Positions 8,908 through 18,141 of a stretch of 64,000 nt of DNA are shown here, piece by piece. Origin of the DNA: Dehalococcoidia bacterium (GTDB lineage Bacteria > Chloroflexota > Dehalococcoidia > Lucifugimonadales > UBA3495); contig OY763072.1 in assembly GCA_963666865.1 (NCBI GenBank), forward strand, positions 2,647,356-2,711,355. Direction: 5' to 3'. Within the stretch, counting starts at the first letter, position 1. Every line of letters begins with the position of its first letter. Position numbers and translations under genes: made by a program. A model generated the notes under the pieces. It was not told the DNA's origin, did no database searches, and was given only the letters and a program-made list of their open reading frames with translations.

Positions 8908-9234
8908 ACCTGCCTCCCGGAGAGTAGTCGCCGGTCGGTTGAGCGGACAAGACTGCGATGGGGCTTTGAGCCACGCTCCGATTGGGTCACGGCTCACCGA
9001 GGCGGTCGGCGCTGTCTGGGCCACTTCGGATCGGGGACAGATCCTTTTGAAGGCATCTCCGCCAATCCATGCTCGGGTCAAACCCGGTACGAGATGGCCC
9101 AGGCAGATCATCGCAGTCCATGCTGTTCTGGGCCATCGCGTTCCTCCCGCATCGGGTTTGTGGTAATTCCGATAAGGATGACGCGGTGGCTGTCTCCTTG
9201 CCACCCGGTTTCCGTTACACCACCTCCAGGTACT

Positions 9235-9591
9235 CTACTGCGGATTGTGCCGGCGTCCCTGATGCTGGTGGTAACGGGAGGAGGGCGCCAACACCGTGAG
9301 CACCGGCAAGGCCCAATGGCGGCCCGCCCCGGGGACGTAGCACAGCCACATCAGGGAGATCCAGCGCAACCCACTGGCCTTGACCAGTTGATGGCGACTG
9401 GAACGCACCGCGTCCCGATAGATGCCTCGGGCCATGATCTTGGCCCCACGACGTCGTTCCGGGGTTTCCCGATTGGTCAATGATCCCATGCTGAAGATCA
9501 ACGGACCGTCGCCGCGATCCAGGTATTGAAGCAGCAACAAGAGCAGGATGCGGGCTGCCTCACGGGGCGACCACACCGCCCGATTTAGCAC
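9235..9591 (-). pseudogene. DDE transposase fragment (IS701/IS4-like), N-terminally truncated
   Basis: VLNRAVWSPREAARILLLLL...ERRRGAKIMARGIYRDAVRSSRHQLVKASGLRWISLMWL...WALPVLTVLAP resembles this transposase class from memory. The fragment abuts the IS5-like end at 9590. Confidence 0.5.
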
Positions 9592-10566
9592 CCCTAACAG
9601 AAAGAGGTCAAGCGTCGGAAGCAGATGATTGAGCAGCCCAGGGACAGGAAGGCTTCATGGATGTCAGCGCGGCGCTCGTAGCGTACCCGCAACCGGCGGA
9701 ACTGGTGCCGCCAACCCAGGGTCCGCTCGACCACCCAGCGGTGCACTCCCAGCCCGCTGCCGTGTTCCGCGCCCCGCCGAGCCGGGGCCGGTGTCCGCCG
9801 GAGGCGGATGGCGTGTCTGCAATTCCTGGCGATGCCGCCGCGAGTCATAGGGCCGGTCAGCGTATCCGCCGCCGGCGGACTGGGGCCGGCGGCGGGGTTG
9901 GCCCCGTTGACCGCGCACCGGCGGCACGGCGTCCACCCGAGCTCCATATCAAGCAGGGGCAGTCCGCCTGGGGCGGAGGTTACGTCGTGACGATTGGCTC
10001 CGGTCAGGATGGCCGACAGGGGGTCCGTTGGCCTCGGTAAGCACATGATGCTTGCTTCCGGGCTTGCCTCGGTCCGTAGGATTGGGGCCGGTCTTTTGCC
10101 CCGCCGCCCACGGCCCGCACTGATGCGCCGTCCACGCAAGCCCGGGACCAGTCCAAACCTTCCGCTCCGTGCAACCGGGACTGCAGCGTTTCGTGGAGCT
10201 TTTCCCACGTTCCCGCTTGCTGCCCGTCCCGCAACCGGCGCCAGCAGGTCATCCCCGAGCCACAGCCCATTTCCTGGGGCAGTCCGCCTCAGGCGGACCG
10301 CTCTTCAATACGAACCGAATGCCGGTCAGAGCCTTGCGGTCATCAAGGGGCTTGCGTCCCGGATTGCGGAACCGTCGGGGCTTGGGTGCTGGCAGCAGTC
10401 CGCCACAGGCGGATACATCTCCCATAGTTCGTCGCTGACCAAAGGTTTCGCCATCGAACACGACCTCCCACTTCCGCGTAATACTGTGCCAGCGCATCTC
10501 AGCGGAATGAACCTACCGAAAGATTAGCCGCCTGATTATGGATCTGCATGCCATTTTGTTAGGGGT
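9590..10566 (-). mobile_element. IS5-family (IS427-like) element with a multiply frameshifted transposase
   Basis: Inverted ends ACCCCTAACAGAA (9590-) and TTTTGTTAGGGGT (-10566). Transposase pieces lie in three frames: LDDRKALTGIRFVL / GSGMTCWRRLRD...WEKLHETL / GAEHGSGLGVHRWVVERTLGWRHQFRRLRVRYERRADIHEAFLSLGCSIICFRRL. Confidence 0.7.
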
Positions 10567-10753
10567 TCTTAGGTCATCAATTCGCAAACATGCTCTCTGG
10601 CCGTAGCGCCGACAACCTGACCCCAGAACCCGAAGCCAACCAACCGACCAACCAAAGGAGGAAAACCTCAACACCACCGCCCCGTTGCACCGGACCACTG
10701 CGAACTTGAGAAGTTGACATAGCGATTGTTCCGGTGTGCTCCGCGGCACAAAG

Positions 10754-10781
10754 TTGACCGTGCGGCGACGTAAGTTATAAT
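10754..10781 (+). promoter_or_regulatory. sigma70-like promoter, TTGACC - 16 nt - TATAAT
   Basis: TTGACC at 10754-10759 and TATAAT at 10776-10781, about 135 nt upstream of the MFS gene. Confidence 0.45.
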
Positions 10782-10917
10782 GCGGCAATTACCTGACTAA
10801 AATCGCAGGTTACGACGGAATTAGCGCGGCCCGCGAGCACCCACGGTTGTTCTGCGGGCCGTAAACGTAGCCGGTTCGCCGTTGCCATCGGGTTTGGCAC
10901 GCAGCAGGAGTAACGAT

Positions 10918-12324
10918 ATGGCCACGGCTCCCGCACCGCAGCGCAACTTTTTCGCCCAAAAAGCGCACCGATTCCTTGCGGCGCTGGTGTTCCGTGACTT
11001 TCGGTTCCTTGCGGTGGCCTCCCTGTCCAGCGGTAGTGGCGCCTGGGCCCTCATCGTGGCTCGCGGCGCTTGGGTGTACAGCATTCCCGAATTGCAGGGC
11101 AGTTGGGGCCTGTGGGTGGGTTTGATTACCTTTGCCGCCATGTCCCCCCGTTTCTTCGCCACTCCTTTCATCGGATACTTGGCGGACCGGATGACCCGCA
11201 AAACGCTGCTGCAATGGGTGTATGCCCTGCAGCTGACCCAGGCCGCTATCATGGCCATCCTGGTGATGATCGGCGTTGATAACCCGTGGTACGTGCTGAT
11301 GCTGGCCATCGTGAACGGCACCCTGCGGGCAACCCAGCAGACTGCTGCCCAGTCATTGACGCCAAACCTGGTGCCCCGGGAGCGGCTCCCCAATGCCGTG
11401 GCGTTGAACGAGGCCATGCAACAGGGCTCCCGCGCCGTCGGTCCCGCGATCCTGCTGGCGGTGTCCGCTTCCGTGGGCAGCAGCGCCCTGTTCGGCGCAA
11501 CCGGAGCGTCGTTCAGCCTCCAGAACTTGGTATTGACCATCGGTACCTCGGCAATCGTGTTCTGGGCCTGCGCCGCCTTCTATCTGGTCGCTCTGGCATC
11601 CGCGCTCTCCATCCGGACCGTTTCCTCCGGCGTCATCGACCGCAACCGCAGTTTCTGGGCCAACACGGCCGCCGGTTTCGCCTACTCGTACAGCACCCCG
11701 CTGGTTTTTGGCATCATCCTCATGGCCCTGGCCCACTGCGTGCTGGTCATGTCATTCGAATCCATGCTGCCGCCTCTGGCGCTGGAGAAACTGTCTCCCG
11801 ACGGCATCACGTTCAATGAGAACGACGTGTACGCGCTGATGTCCGCCCTGGGCATCGGAGCCTTGTTCTCCTCCATCTTCGTGGGCGGCATCGTCAGCCA
11901 CATGACGCGCGGCCGGGTTTTCCTGCTGTTAGGCTTCACCAGCAGCCTGACCCCCATCGGGCTGGGCCTGTCCGCTCAGACTGGTATTTCCATGTTCGCC
12001 GCCATCCTCATGGGACTGGGCACCTCCGGATTTATGACCATCACCCACACCATCATCCAGTCGGTGGTGCCTGATGAAATACGGGGGCGCGTGTCCGCCG
12101 TGTATTCCATGCACGTGGGCGGAAGCATGGCCTTCGCCAATTTGCTGTATGGCCGCCTGGCCGACTTCTGGTCGGCCGGCAATGTGATGGCCATCGCCGG
12201 CGCGGCGTTCACCATCGTGGTGGTTGGTACAATAATCGGCAGCGGGTTCTGGCGAGGAATATACTTCCGCGGCGAAGCCCGGCCGGTAGCCGCCGTAGCC
12301 AGCCCCGCCGGCGGAGACAACTAA
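10918..12324 (+). CDS. MFS transporter
   Basis: About 468 aa with roughly 12 hydrophobic segments. AGGAG lies 7 nt before ATG 10918. FIGYLADRMTRK-type loop between TM2 and TM3. Confidence 0.8.
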   Translation: MATAPAPQRNFFAQKAHRFLAALVFRDFRFLAVASLSSGSGAWALIVARGAWVYSIPELQGSWGLWVGLITFAAMSPRFFATPFIGYLADRMTRKTLLQWVYALQLTQAAIMAILVMIGVDNPWYVLMLAIVNGTLRATQQTAAQSLTPNLVPRERLPNAVALNEAMQQGSRAVGPAILLAVSASVGSSALFGATGASFSLQNLVLTIGTSAIVFWACAAFYLVALASALSIRTVSSGVIDRNRSFWANTAAGFAYSYSTPLVFGIILMALAHCVLVMSFESMLPPLALEKLSPDGITFNENDVYALMSALGIGALFSSIFVGGIVSHMTRGRVFLLLGFTSSLTPIGLGLSAQTGISMFAAILMGLGTSGFMTITHTIIQSVVPDEIRGRVSAVYSMHVGGSMAFANLLYGRLADFWSAGNVMAIAGAAFTIVVVGTIIGSGFWRGIYFRGEARPVAAVASPAGGDN

Positions 12325-12361
12325 ACCAGCCCAATCCCATCATCACCACCGGAGTTCTGAG

Positions 12362-13684
12362 TTGCCAAACAACGAAGTAGCCCGCTACCTGGAAACCACC
12401 TCCAAGTCCCGCGCCATCTGGGAGGAAGCCTGCCGTTATCTGCCCGACGGCGACAGCCGGCATTCCATTTTCTGGAACCCATATCCGATCTTCACGGAGT
12501 CCGCCCAGGGCTCAGTGGTCACGGATGCCGATGGCGTGGAACGCCTGGACTTCATCAACACGATGACCACCATGATCCTGGGTCACGGCCCGGCCCCGGT
12601 CCTGGAGGCCGCCCGGCAGCAGATGGAACTGGGCCTGGCCTATAACTCCCCCAACCGGCATCAGGTCGAACTCGCCCGCCTGCTGTGTCAACGCATCCCC
12701 TCGTTCCAACAGGTGCGCTTCACCAACTCCGGTACTGAGGCTACGCTGAACACGCTGCGCGCGGCCCGGGCATTCACCGGACGCAGTAAGTTCGCCAAGG
12801 TGGAAGGCGGCTACCACGGCACCCATGACGCGGTGTTGGTCAGCCTCCGCATCGACCCGGCAACGGGCGGCGACTACGACAACCCGCAGCCCGTTCCGTC
12901 CAGCGGCGGCCTGGCGGACGGAACACTGGATCAGGCGATCATTATCCCTTATAACGACGTGGAGACCGCCCGACGCATCCTGGAAGAAAACCGTGATGAA
13001 CTGGCCGCAGTGATCGTGGAGCCGGTGATGGGCTCAGTCGGAATGTTGCCGGCCGAAACCGCGTACCTCACCATGCTGCGGGATTTCGCCGACAACAGCG
13101 GCGCGTTGCTCATCTTCGACGAGGTAATCAGCTTTCGGATCGCCCCCGGCGGCGCGCAGGAATACTACGGCGTTACGCCGGACCTGACCGCGTTGGGGAA
13201 GATTGTCGGCGGTGGCTTCCCGGTGGGCGCGTTCGGCGGCCGTTCCGACGTGATGAGCCTCTACAGCCCGGCTAAGGGCGCCGCTATCGCCCATGGCGGC
13301 ACGTTCAACGCCAACCCCATCACCATGGCCGCCGGCGCGGCCACGCTGCACGAACTGACCCCGACCGTCTATCGACGCCTGGCGGAATTGACGGATATGC
13401 TGCGACAGGGTATCCGACAGGTGTGCACTGAACTGGAGCAGCCGGTGCTGGTAACCGGCGCGGGTTCGTTGTTCGGCATCCACTTCACTGAAGGTCCCCT
13501 GCGCAACTACCGCGATATCGCTCAAACCGACAAGGATCTGGCCGGGCGTGTCTTCATGGGGATGCTGAACGAAGGCTTCCTGTTGGCTCCCAACCTGGTG
13601 GGCGCACTGTCAACGTGCCTGGGCGAAGTGGAGATCGACGCCTTCGTGCGTGGCTTTCGCCGGGTACTGCAACGGCAGATATGA
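12362..13684 (+). CDS. class III aminotransferase (glutamate-1-semialdehyde aminomutase-like)
   Basis: FTNSGTEATLNTLRAARAFTGRSKFAKVEGGYHG, LLIFDEVISFR, GKIVGGGFPVGAFGG. Confidence 0.8.
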   Translation: MPNNEVARYLETTSKSRAIWEEACRYLPDGDSRHSIFWNPYPIFTESAQGSVVTDADGVERLDFINTMTTMILGHGPAPVLEAARQQMELGLAYNSPNRHQVELARLLCQRIPSFQQVRFTNSGTEATLNTLRAARAFTGRSKFAKVEGGYHGTHDAVLVSLRIDPATGGDYDNPQPVPSSGGLADGTLDQAIIIPYNDVETARRILEENRDELAAVIVEPVMGSVGMLPAETAYLTMLRDFADNSGALLIFDEVISFRIAPGGAQEYYGVTPDLTALGKIVGGGFPVGAFGGRSDVMSLYSPAKGAAIAHGGTFNANPITMAAGAATLHELTPTVYRRLAELTDMLRQGIRQVCTELEQPVLVTGAGSLFGIHFTEGPLRNYRDIAQTDKDLAGRVFMGMLNEGFLLAPNLVGALSTCLGEVEIDAFVRGFRRVLQRQI

Positions 13685-13685
13685 C

Positions 13686-13713
13686 GTAGGGGCGAATAAT
13701 CATTCGCCCCTAC
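13686..13713. repeat. palindromic element GTAGGGGCGAAT-AATC-ATTCGCCCCTAC (probable bidirectional terminator)
   Basis: 12-bp perfect stem between convergent genes. A near-identical copy lies at 46366-46393. Confidence 0.7.
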
Positions 13714-13735
13714 TGCCACGACACGGGGGTTAGAC

Positions 13736-14065
13736 TCAGTCCACCGGAGGCCGCTTCTCCCACTTTTCCGGCACCGGGTACACCGGCGTGGCGATCTTGC
13801 GGATGTTCTCGGTGGCGAACCAGTCGGCGCATTCCTCCCGCCACTTAATGAAGTGCGGAGCGTTCCGGTGGGCCTCCACCGCGGCTTCGTCCTCGTACAC
13901 CTCGAACAGGTGGATCTTGTTCTCGTCCTCGTTGTCCTGCAACACGTCAAAACGGAGGCAACCCGGTTCGTCGTTGTTGGAGCCGCGAGCATCGCCAAGC
14001 ATGGATGCCATGAACTGGTCCTTGAATCCGGGCTTGATGTTGATTTCAACAATCAACGCAATCAT
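13736..14065 (-). CDS. antibiotic-biosynthesis-monooxygenase (ABM) domain protein
   Basis: 109 aa. IKPGFKDQF...PGCLRFDVLQD...IHLFEVYEDEAAVEAHRNAPHF is the ABM / YgiN-like pattern. Confidence 0.75.
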   Translation of the reverse strand: MIALIVEINIKPGFKDQFMASMLGDARGSNNDEPGCLRFDVLQDNEDENKIHLFEVYEDEAAVEAHRNAPHFIKWREECADWFATENIRKIATPVYPVPEKWEKRPPVD

Positions 14066-14094
14066 CTCAATCTCCTTTGAAAATTATTCTCTCC

Positions 14095-14121
14095 GTCATT
14101 CCGGCGAAAGCCGGAATCCAG
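14095..14121. repeat. dispersed repeat, A-type arm GTCATTCCGGCGAAAGCCGGAATCCAG (solo)
   Basis: Same unit as at 18044, 55990 and other sites. Internal hairpin TCCGGC-GAAA-GCCGGA. Confidence 0.7.
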
Positions 14122-14212
14122 TCGCTCCAAGCGATTCCCGCCGGATTATAGCAGTGGCGGCATCAAAGTTGTAGAATGCCGGGCATAATCGGCCCACGAC
14201 CGGGAGGCAATC

Positions 14213-14428
14213 ATGGCAGACATTCCCATCGTGTACACGCTGACCGTTTGTCCCGCGTGCGATTCGTTGCGCGCGGCCTGGCGGCGGGAAGGCGTGGAAT
14301 ATGAGGAACGCCGCGTTGACCAGAGCCAGGACACGCTGGACGAAGCCCTGGACTACGGCGACGTCGTGCCCATCATCGTGTGGCCCGACGGCAAGGTCGA
14401 GATGGGTTTCCGAGGTCAGCGCGGTTGA
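14213..14428 (+). CDS. glutaredoxin-like protein
   Basis: 71 aa. IVYTLTVCPACDSLRAAW (CxxC) ... VPIIVWPDG. Confidence 0.7.
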   Translation: MADIPIVYTLTVCPACDSLRAAWRREGVEYEERRVDQSQDTLDEALDYGDVVPIIVWPDGKVEMGFRGQRG

Positions 14429-14465
14429 GAAATCGGCTGACGGGCCGGCGGCCCGCTTGTTACCC

Positions 14466-14567
14466 GTCATTCCCGCGAAAGAACGTCCCCTCGTACTTGA
14501 TATGGGGCGGGAATCCAGAGCGTCTTTGTTGCGGTGGATCCTGGATTCCAGCGCAAGCAGGAATGAC
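14466..14567. repeat. dispersed MITE-like repeat (B-type arm plus inverted A-type arm)
   Basis: GTCATTCCCGCGAAAGAACGTCCCCTCGTACTTGATATGGGGCGGGAATCCAG ... CTGGATTCCAGCGCAAGCAGGAATGAC, with terminal inverted GTCATTCC / GGAATGAC. Confidence 0.7.
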
Positions 14568-14595
14568 GACTTGAACTCAAAAGAGAGGTGCAACT

Positions 14596-15180
14596 ATGGC
14601 CCAGCAAACCAGCGTCGTAACCACGGAGCGTTACGCCCAGGGCATGACCTACGACGAATACATGGACAGCATCAAGGTCAACAAGGCCCGTTTCGAGGAG
14701 TACTACGCCAACGTCAAATTGGAACCCGGACAGGCGGCGAAGTTGCGCGAATTGGCCGCCGCTGAGGGCGGCCCGAACCACATGATGGTGATCGGCGAAG
14801 ACTGGTGCGGTGACGTGGTTCGGGAACTGCCGGTTCTGGCCCGTGTGGCAGAAGCCGCCGGCTTTGAACTCCGCATTTTCCCCCGGGACGAGAATCACGA
14901 CATCATGAACGAGTACCTCAAAGAGGGGCTTTACATGTCCATTCCGGTGGCGGTGTTCTACGACAAGGAACACGACTACATCTGCCATTGGATTGAGCGT
15001 TCGGAAACGGCTAACCGTGAGCAGGGCGAGATCGAGACCGCCATCCGGGCCGAGCAGCCGGATATCTCCGATCAGGATTTCGGCCGGCAGCGCCGCGCCC
15101 ACACCGCCGCCAAGGCCGCCGAGTGGCAGAAAGCCACCGTCGATGAACTACTGGGAATTCTGGAGCAGCATCTGCACTAG
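14596..15180 (+). CDS. thioredoxin-fold family protein
   Basis: 194 aa. MVIGEDWCGDVVRELPVLARV is typical of thioredoxin-like proteins with a single Cys motif. Confidence 0.6.
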   Translation: MAQQTSVVTTERYAQGMTYDEYMDSIKVNKARFEEYYANVKLEPGQAAKLRELAAAEGGPNHMMVIGEDWCGDVVRELPVLARVAEAAGFELRIFPRDENHDIMNEYLKEGLYMSIPVAVFYDKEHDYICHWIERSETANREQGEIETAIRAEQPDISDQDFGRQRRAHTAAKAAEWQKATVDELLGILEQHLH

Positions 15181-15431
15181 CCGTCGATCAGTTCCACGGT
15201 GAACCGATATTCCTCAATCACGGGGTTTGACAGCAGTTGGTCGCACATCCCGGCCACTGCTGCCTCCGCTTGTGATGCGTCGTCCCCGGCGATGCGGATT
15301 TCCAGGTACTTGCCGATGCGCACATCTGCCACGGCTTCGTAGCCCAGGCTGTGCAGTCCGCCCATTACCGTCAAGCCCTGCGGGTCGTTGACGGCAGTCT
15401 TGAGGGTTACGTAAATGCGAGCCAGGAACAT
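15177..15431 (-). CDS. purS: phosphoribosylformylglycinamidine synthase subunit PurS
   Basis: 84 aa. YVTLKTAVNDPQGLTVMGGLHSLGY...VRIGKYLEI. Confidence 0.85.
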   Translation of the reverse strand: MFLARIYVTLKTAVNDPQGLTVMGGLHSLGYEAVADVRIGKYLEIRIAGDDASQAEAAVAGMCDQLLSNPVIEEYRFTVELIDG

Positions 15432-15465
15432 GACGCTTGCGATGCCTCTCCAGGTAAAGTGGCTT

Positions 15466-16272
15466 TCATCCGCTGGAGGATTGGGTCATATCGACGCCGG
15501 TAGTGCAGGGTAGTCCGTTGGCGAACTCAGGCCCGGTGTTGCCAGGATAGTCGGCAAAGAAACGGGCAATGCGCTCCGGGTCCACACCCATCATTCGGTC
15601 CAAAACACCCCAGGTTGTAATCGCTACCATGCCCTCCGGTATCTCATGGTAGCGCCGGATGATGGCGAACTCTTTGGCCAACGGAATGGTTTCCACGGCG
15701 GCTCGCAACGTTGCCACGTCGGCGTCGTCGGTCAGGTTGTAGCTGACGATGATGTTGCCGTGCTCAAGGTTGTGCACCAGCATTTCGTCGGGCAACGTAT
15801 GGTAGTAGAAACCGCAGTAGCTCCACTCTCCCCAATGCTGGCCCGACGTGGGCGGCACGGTGCTGTATCCGCCCGGCACCACGTCGCCGATGCGCATTGC
15901 TTTCGGGAAATGGTTGCGGCTCGGCATTGGCTCAACCCGGATTGCTCCGTCGGTGGGCGGCACCTGCTCCAACGTCGGACCGGAAGGCGTAGGTGTAGGC
16001 GTCGGTGTTGCGGGTGACGTTGGGGTCGGGATGGGTGATGGCGCGGCGGTTGCAGTCGCGGTTGTAGGGACCAGGGGGGACGTAGGGGTGGGGGCGGGCG
16101 TGGGCGTCGGAGCGACGGTCGGCGTTGGCGTGGCTACGTTTGTGCCGGATTTGTGAGAAATTGTGGGGGTAGGTTGCGCAATAGGCGGTGGCGCAGGGTC
16201 ATCCTGACAGGCCGCCAGCGCCAGCGCCAACACCCACAGTACCGCTGGCCCCAGGACCAATGTCCGTTTCAT
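15466..16272 (-). CDS. DUF3105-domain lipoprotein with Pro/Thr-rich linker
   Basis: Signal peptide plus lipobox LALAACQ. PTPT linker. YSTVPPTSGQHWGEWSYCGFY...LVHNLEHGNIIVSYNL. Confidence 0.75.
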   Translation of the reverse strand: MKRTLVLGPAVLWVLALALAACQDDPAPPPIAQPTPTISHKSGTNVATPTPTVAPTPTPAPTPTSPLVPTTATATAAPSPIPTPTSPATPTPTPTPSGPTLEQVPPTDGAIRVEPMPSRNHFPKAMRIGDVVPGGYSTVPPTSGQHWGEWSYCGFYYHTLPDEMLVHNLEHGNIIVSYNLTDDADVATLRAAVETIPLAKEFAIIRRYHEIPEGMVAITTWGVLDRMMGVDPERIARFFADYPGNTGPEFANGLPCTTGVDMTQSSSG

Positions 16273-16283
16273 GGCGGGATGGC

Positions 16284-17078
16284 CTAGGGGTTCATCACGC
16301 CGCCGCGAGTGCAGTCCGCCCCGGCCGGCCTCCCCTCAATGGCGGGAAATTCCGGGCTCAACGTGCCGGAGTAGGCGCGGAAAAACTCCTCGATGCGGTC
16401 TTTTCCGATGCCTATCGAGTCACCGTCCGCGCCAAGGTCGTCCACGTGCCATTTGTCTATCACGCCCCAAGTCGTAAGCGCGACGGTGCCTTCCGGGAAC
16501 GCTACTACGCCGTTTTCGTCCAGCAGAGCGTTGCCCTCCGCGTCCACAGGCTGGTAGGCGCGCGCCACACCCCAGCGATTCGTCAGACCTATCGACTCAT
16601 AGACGTCCTTCAACTCGTCAATCTGGGCTTGATCCGTCAGGTTATAGCTGAGGATGATGTTGCCGTGCTCCATGTTGTGGACGATGCGCTCGTCGGGCAC
16701 GGCCTCGGTGTACCAGCCGCATTGCACCCAGCCGTTCCAGTGACGACCGGATGTGGGTGGTGTCGTCGAGTAACCTTCCTGGTTGGTTACGTCGTAAATG
16801 GTGAAAGTGTCGGCGAAGTGGGCGCGGTCATCGGGCGCGTCCACTTGGATTCCGATGCCATCCACGTACCCGCTGGCTTCGCCCTGCCGGCTGCCTCCAC
16901 CCCCAAAGTTCACCGGCAGGACCACCGGCACCAGCAGCGCCACGATGAACAACACGGCGATTGCGCCAAAGGCAAACAGCAACCACCGGCTGCGAAAACC
17001 GCCACCGGAAGAGATTGGGGGAGTGCGCCTCTGGGAACGACGGGCGGCCCGACGCCGGCGGTGTCTGGATGGTGGCAC
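16284..17078 (-). CDS. DUF3105-domain membrane-anchored protein (paralog of 15466-16272)
   Basis: Arg-rich N-terminus plus a TM helix. YSTTPPTSGRHWNGWVQCGWY...IVHNMEHGNIILSYNL. Confidence 0.75.
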   Translation of the reverse strand: MPPSRHRRRRAARRSQRRTPPISSGGGFRSRWLLFAFGAIAVLFIVALLVPVVLPVNFGGGGSRQGEASGYVDGIGIQVDAPDDRAHFADTFTIYDVTNQEGYSTTPPTSGRHWNGWVQCGWYTEAVPDERIVHNMEHGNIILSYNLTDQAQIDELKDVYESIGLTNRWGVARAYQPVDAEGNALLDENGVVAFPEGTVALTTWGVIDKWHVDDLGADGDSIGIGKDRIEEFFRAYSGTLSPEFPAIEGRPAGADCTRGGVMNP

Positions 17079-17115
17079 GGGTGATGCTCGTACGCTACGG
17101 GTGACGATTCGAGTA

Positions 17116-18018
17116 TCAGAGGGCTGCGCCGGTGAGACGCTGGTACGCTTGCCGGTACAGTTCCGCCGTCCGCTGCACCACTTCGTCAGGCAGCTCCGGC
17201 GCCGGCGGTTCCTGGTTCCAACCCTGGGCCGTCAGCCAGTCTCTGACATACTGCTTGTCATAACTGGGCTGGGACTTGCCCGGCGAGTAACCCTCGGCAT
17301 CCCAGAAACGGCTGGAGTCGGGGGTCAGCAGCTCGTCGATAAGAATCAGCTCGCCGTCAAGGAAACCGAACTCCATCTTGGTGTCGGCCAGAACGATGCC
17401 ACGGTCCCGCGCGTAATCATGGGCGTGCAGATAAACGGCCTTGCTGATGTCGGCCAGCCGTTGCGCCGTTTCCGCCCCGACCATGTCCACCACCTCTTGG
17501 TCGGTCATGTTCTCGTCGTGGCCTTCTTCGGCCTTGGTGGTGGGGGTGAACAGCGGTTCCGGGAAGCGGTCACCCTCAACCAGGCCTTCCGGCATCGGTT
17601 TGCCTGAAACAGTGCCTTGCCGCCGGTACTCGCCCCAGGCGGAACCGGTGATGTATCCGCGCACGATGCACTCGATGTCGATGCGCTCCGCCTTCTTGAC
17701 CACCATGGCCTGCCGACCCACATTGTCTTCGGCGTAGGCGGGATGGGTGATTACCGGGTTGTCCGCGTAGGCCGCCGCCTCGGGCGAATCTGCCAACGCC
17801 ACCAGGTGATTGGGTACGATGTGATCGGTCAAGTGGAACCAGAAAGCGGACATGCCGTTGAGAGCCGCTCCCTTGTCCGGGATCCCGTTGGGTAGAACCA
17901 CGTCGAAGGCGGAGATCCGGTCGGTGGCCACCATCAGCAGCAGATCGTCGGTGAGCTGATAGGTGTCGCGCACCTTGCCGCGGTGCATTCGGTCGGGCAT
18001 TCGAGTTTCGATAATCAT
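17116..18018 (-). CDS. purC: phosphoribosylaminoimidazole-succinocarboxamide synthase
   Basis: 300 aa. GKVRDTY...ATDRISAFD...LADTKMEFG. Confidence 0.9.
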   Translation of the reverse strand: MIIETRMPDRMHRGKVRDTYQLTDDLLLMVATDRISAFDVVLPNGIPDKGAALNGMSAFWFHLTDHIVPNHLVALADSPEAAAYADNPVITHPAYAEDNVGRQAMVVKKAERIDIECIVRGYITGSAWGEYRRQGTVSGKPMPEGLVEGDRFPEPLFTPTTKAEEGHDENMTDQEVVDMVGAETAQRLADISKAVYLHAHDYARDRGIVLADTKMEFGFLDGELILIDELLTPDSSRFWDAEGYSPGKSQPSYDKQYVRDWLTAQGWNQEPPAPELPDEVVQRTAELYRQAYQRLTGAAL

Positions 18019-18043
18019 GGCAATTCAGATTTCCTTCCCAATC

Positions 18044-18106
18044 GTCACTCCGGCGAAAGCCGAAGTACAGCGGCGTTTTCTGGATTCCGGCTTTCGCCGG
18101 AATGAC
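18044..18106. repeat. dispersed MITE-like repeat (63 bp, A-arm / spacer / inverted A-arm)
   Basis: GTCACTCCGGCGAAAGCCG...CGTTTTCTGGATTCCGGCTTTCGCCGGAATGAC. Same architecture as 55990-56052. Confidence 0.75.
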
Positions 18107-18141
18107 GATGCTGATGTTGGTCGAGGTTTTGCAGATCCTGT

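Noticed and set aside
9955-10420. Three copies of the palindrome-like GCAGTCCGCC-NNNN-GGCGGA (about 9959, 10279 and 10397) inside the degraded IS5 element, considered as an inserted mini-repeat or protein-binding sites
   Set aside because: They fall within transposase-coding remnants (for example the region corresponding to the conserved G-x-P-W-R-D-L-P block). They could simply reflect GC-rich coding sequence. I cannot distinguish the two possibilities without homologous intact copies.
15990-16160. Highly repetitive ACN/CCN DNA, considered as a non-coding tandem repeat
   Set aside because: On the minus strand it encodes the in-frame Pro/Thr-rich linker (PTPTVAPTPTPAPTPTSP...) of the DUF3105 lipoprotein.
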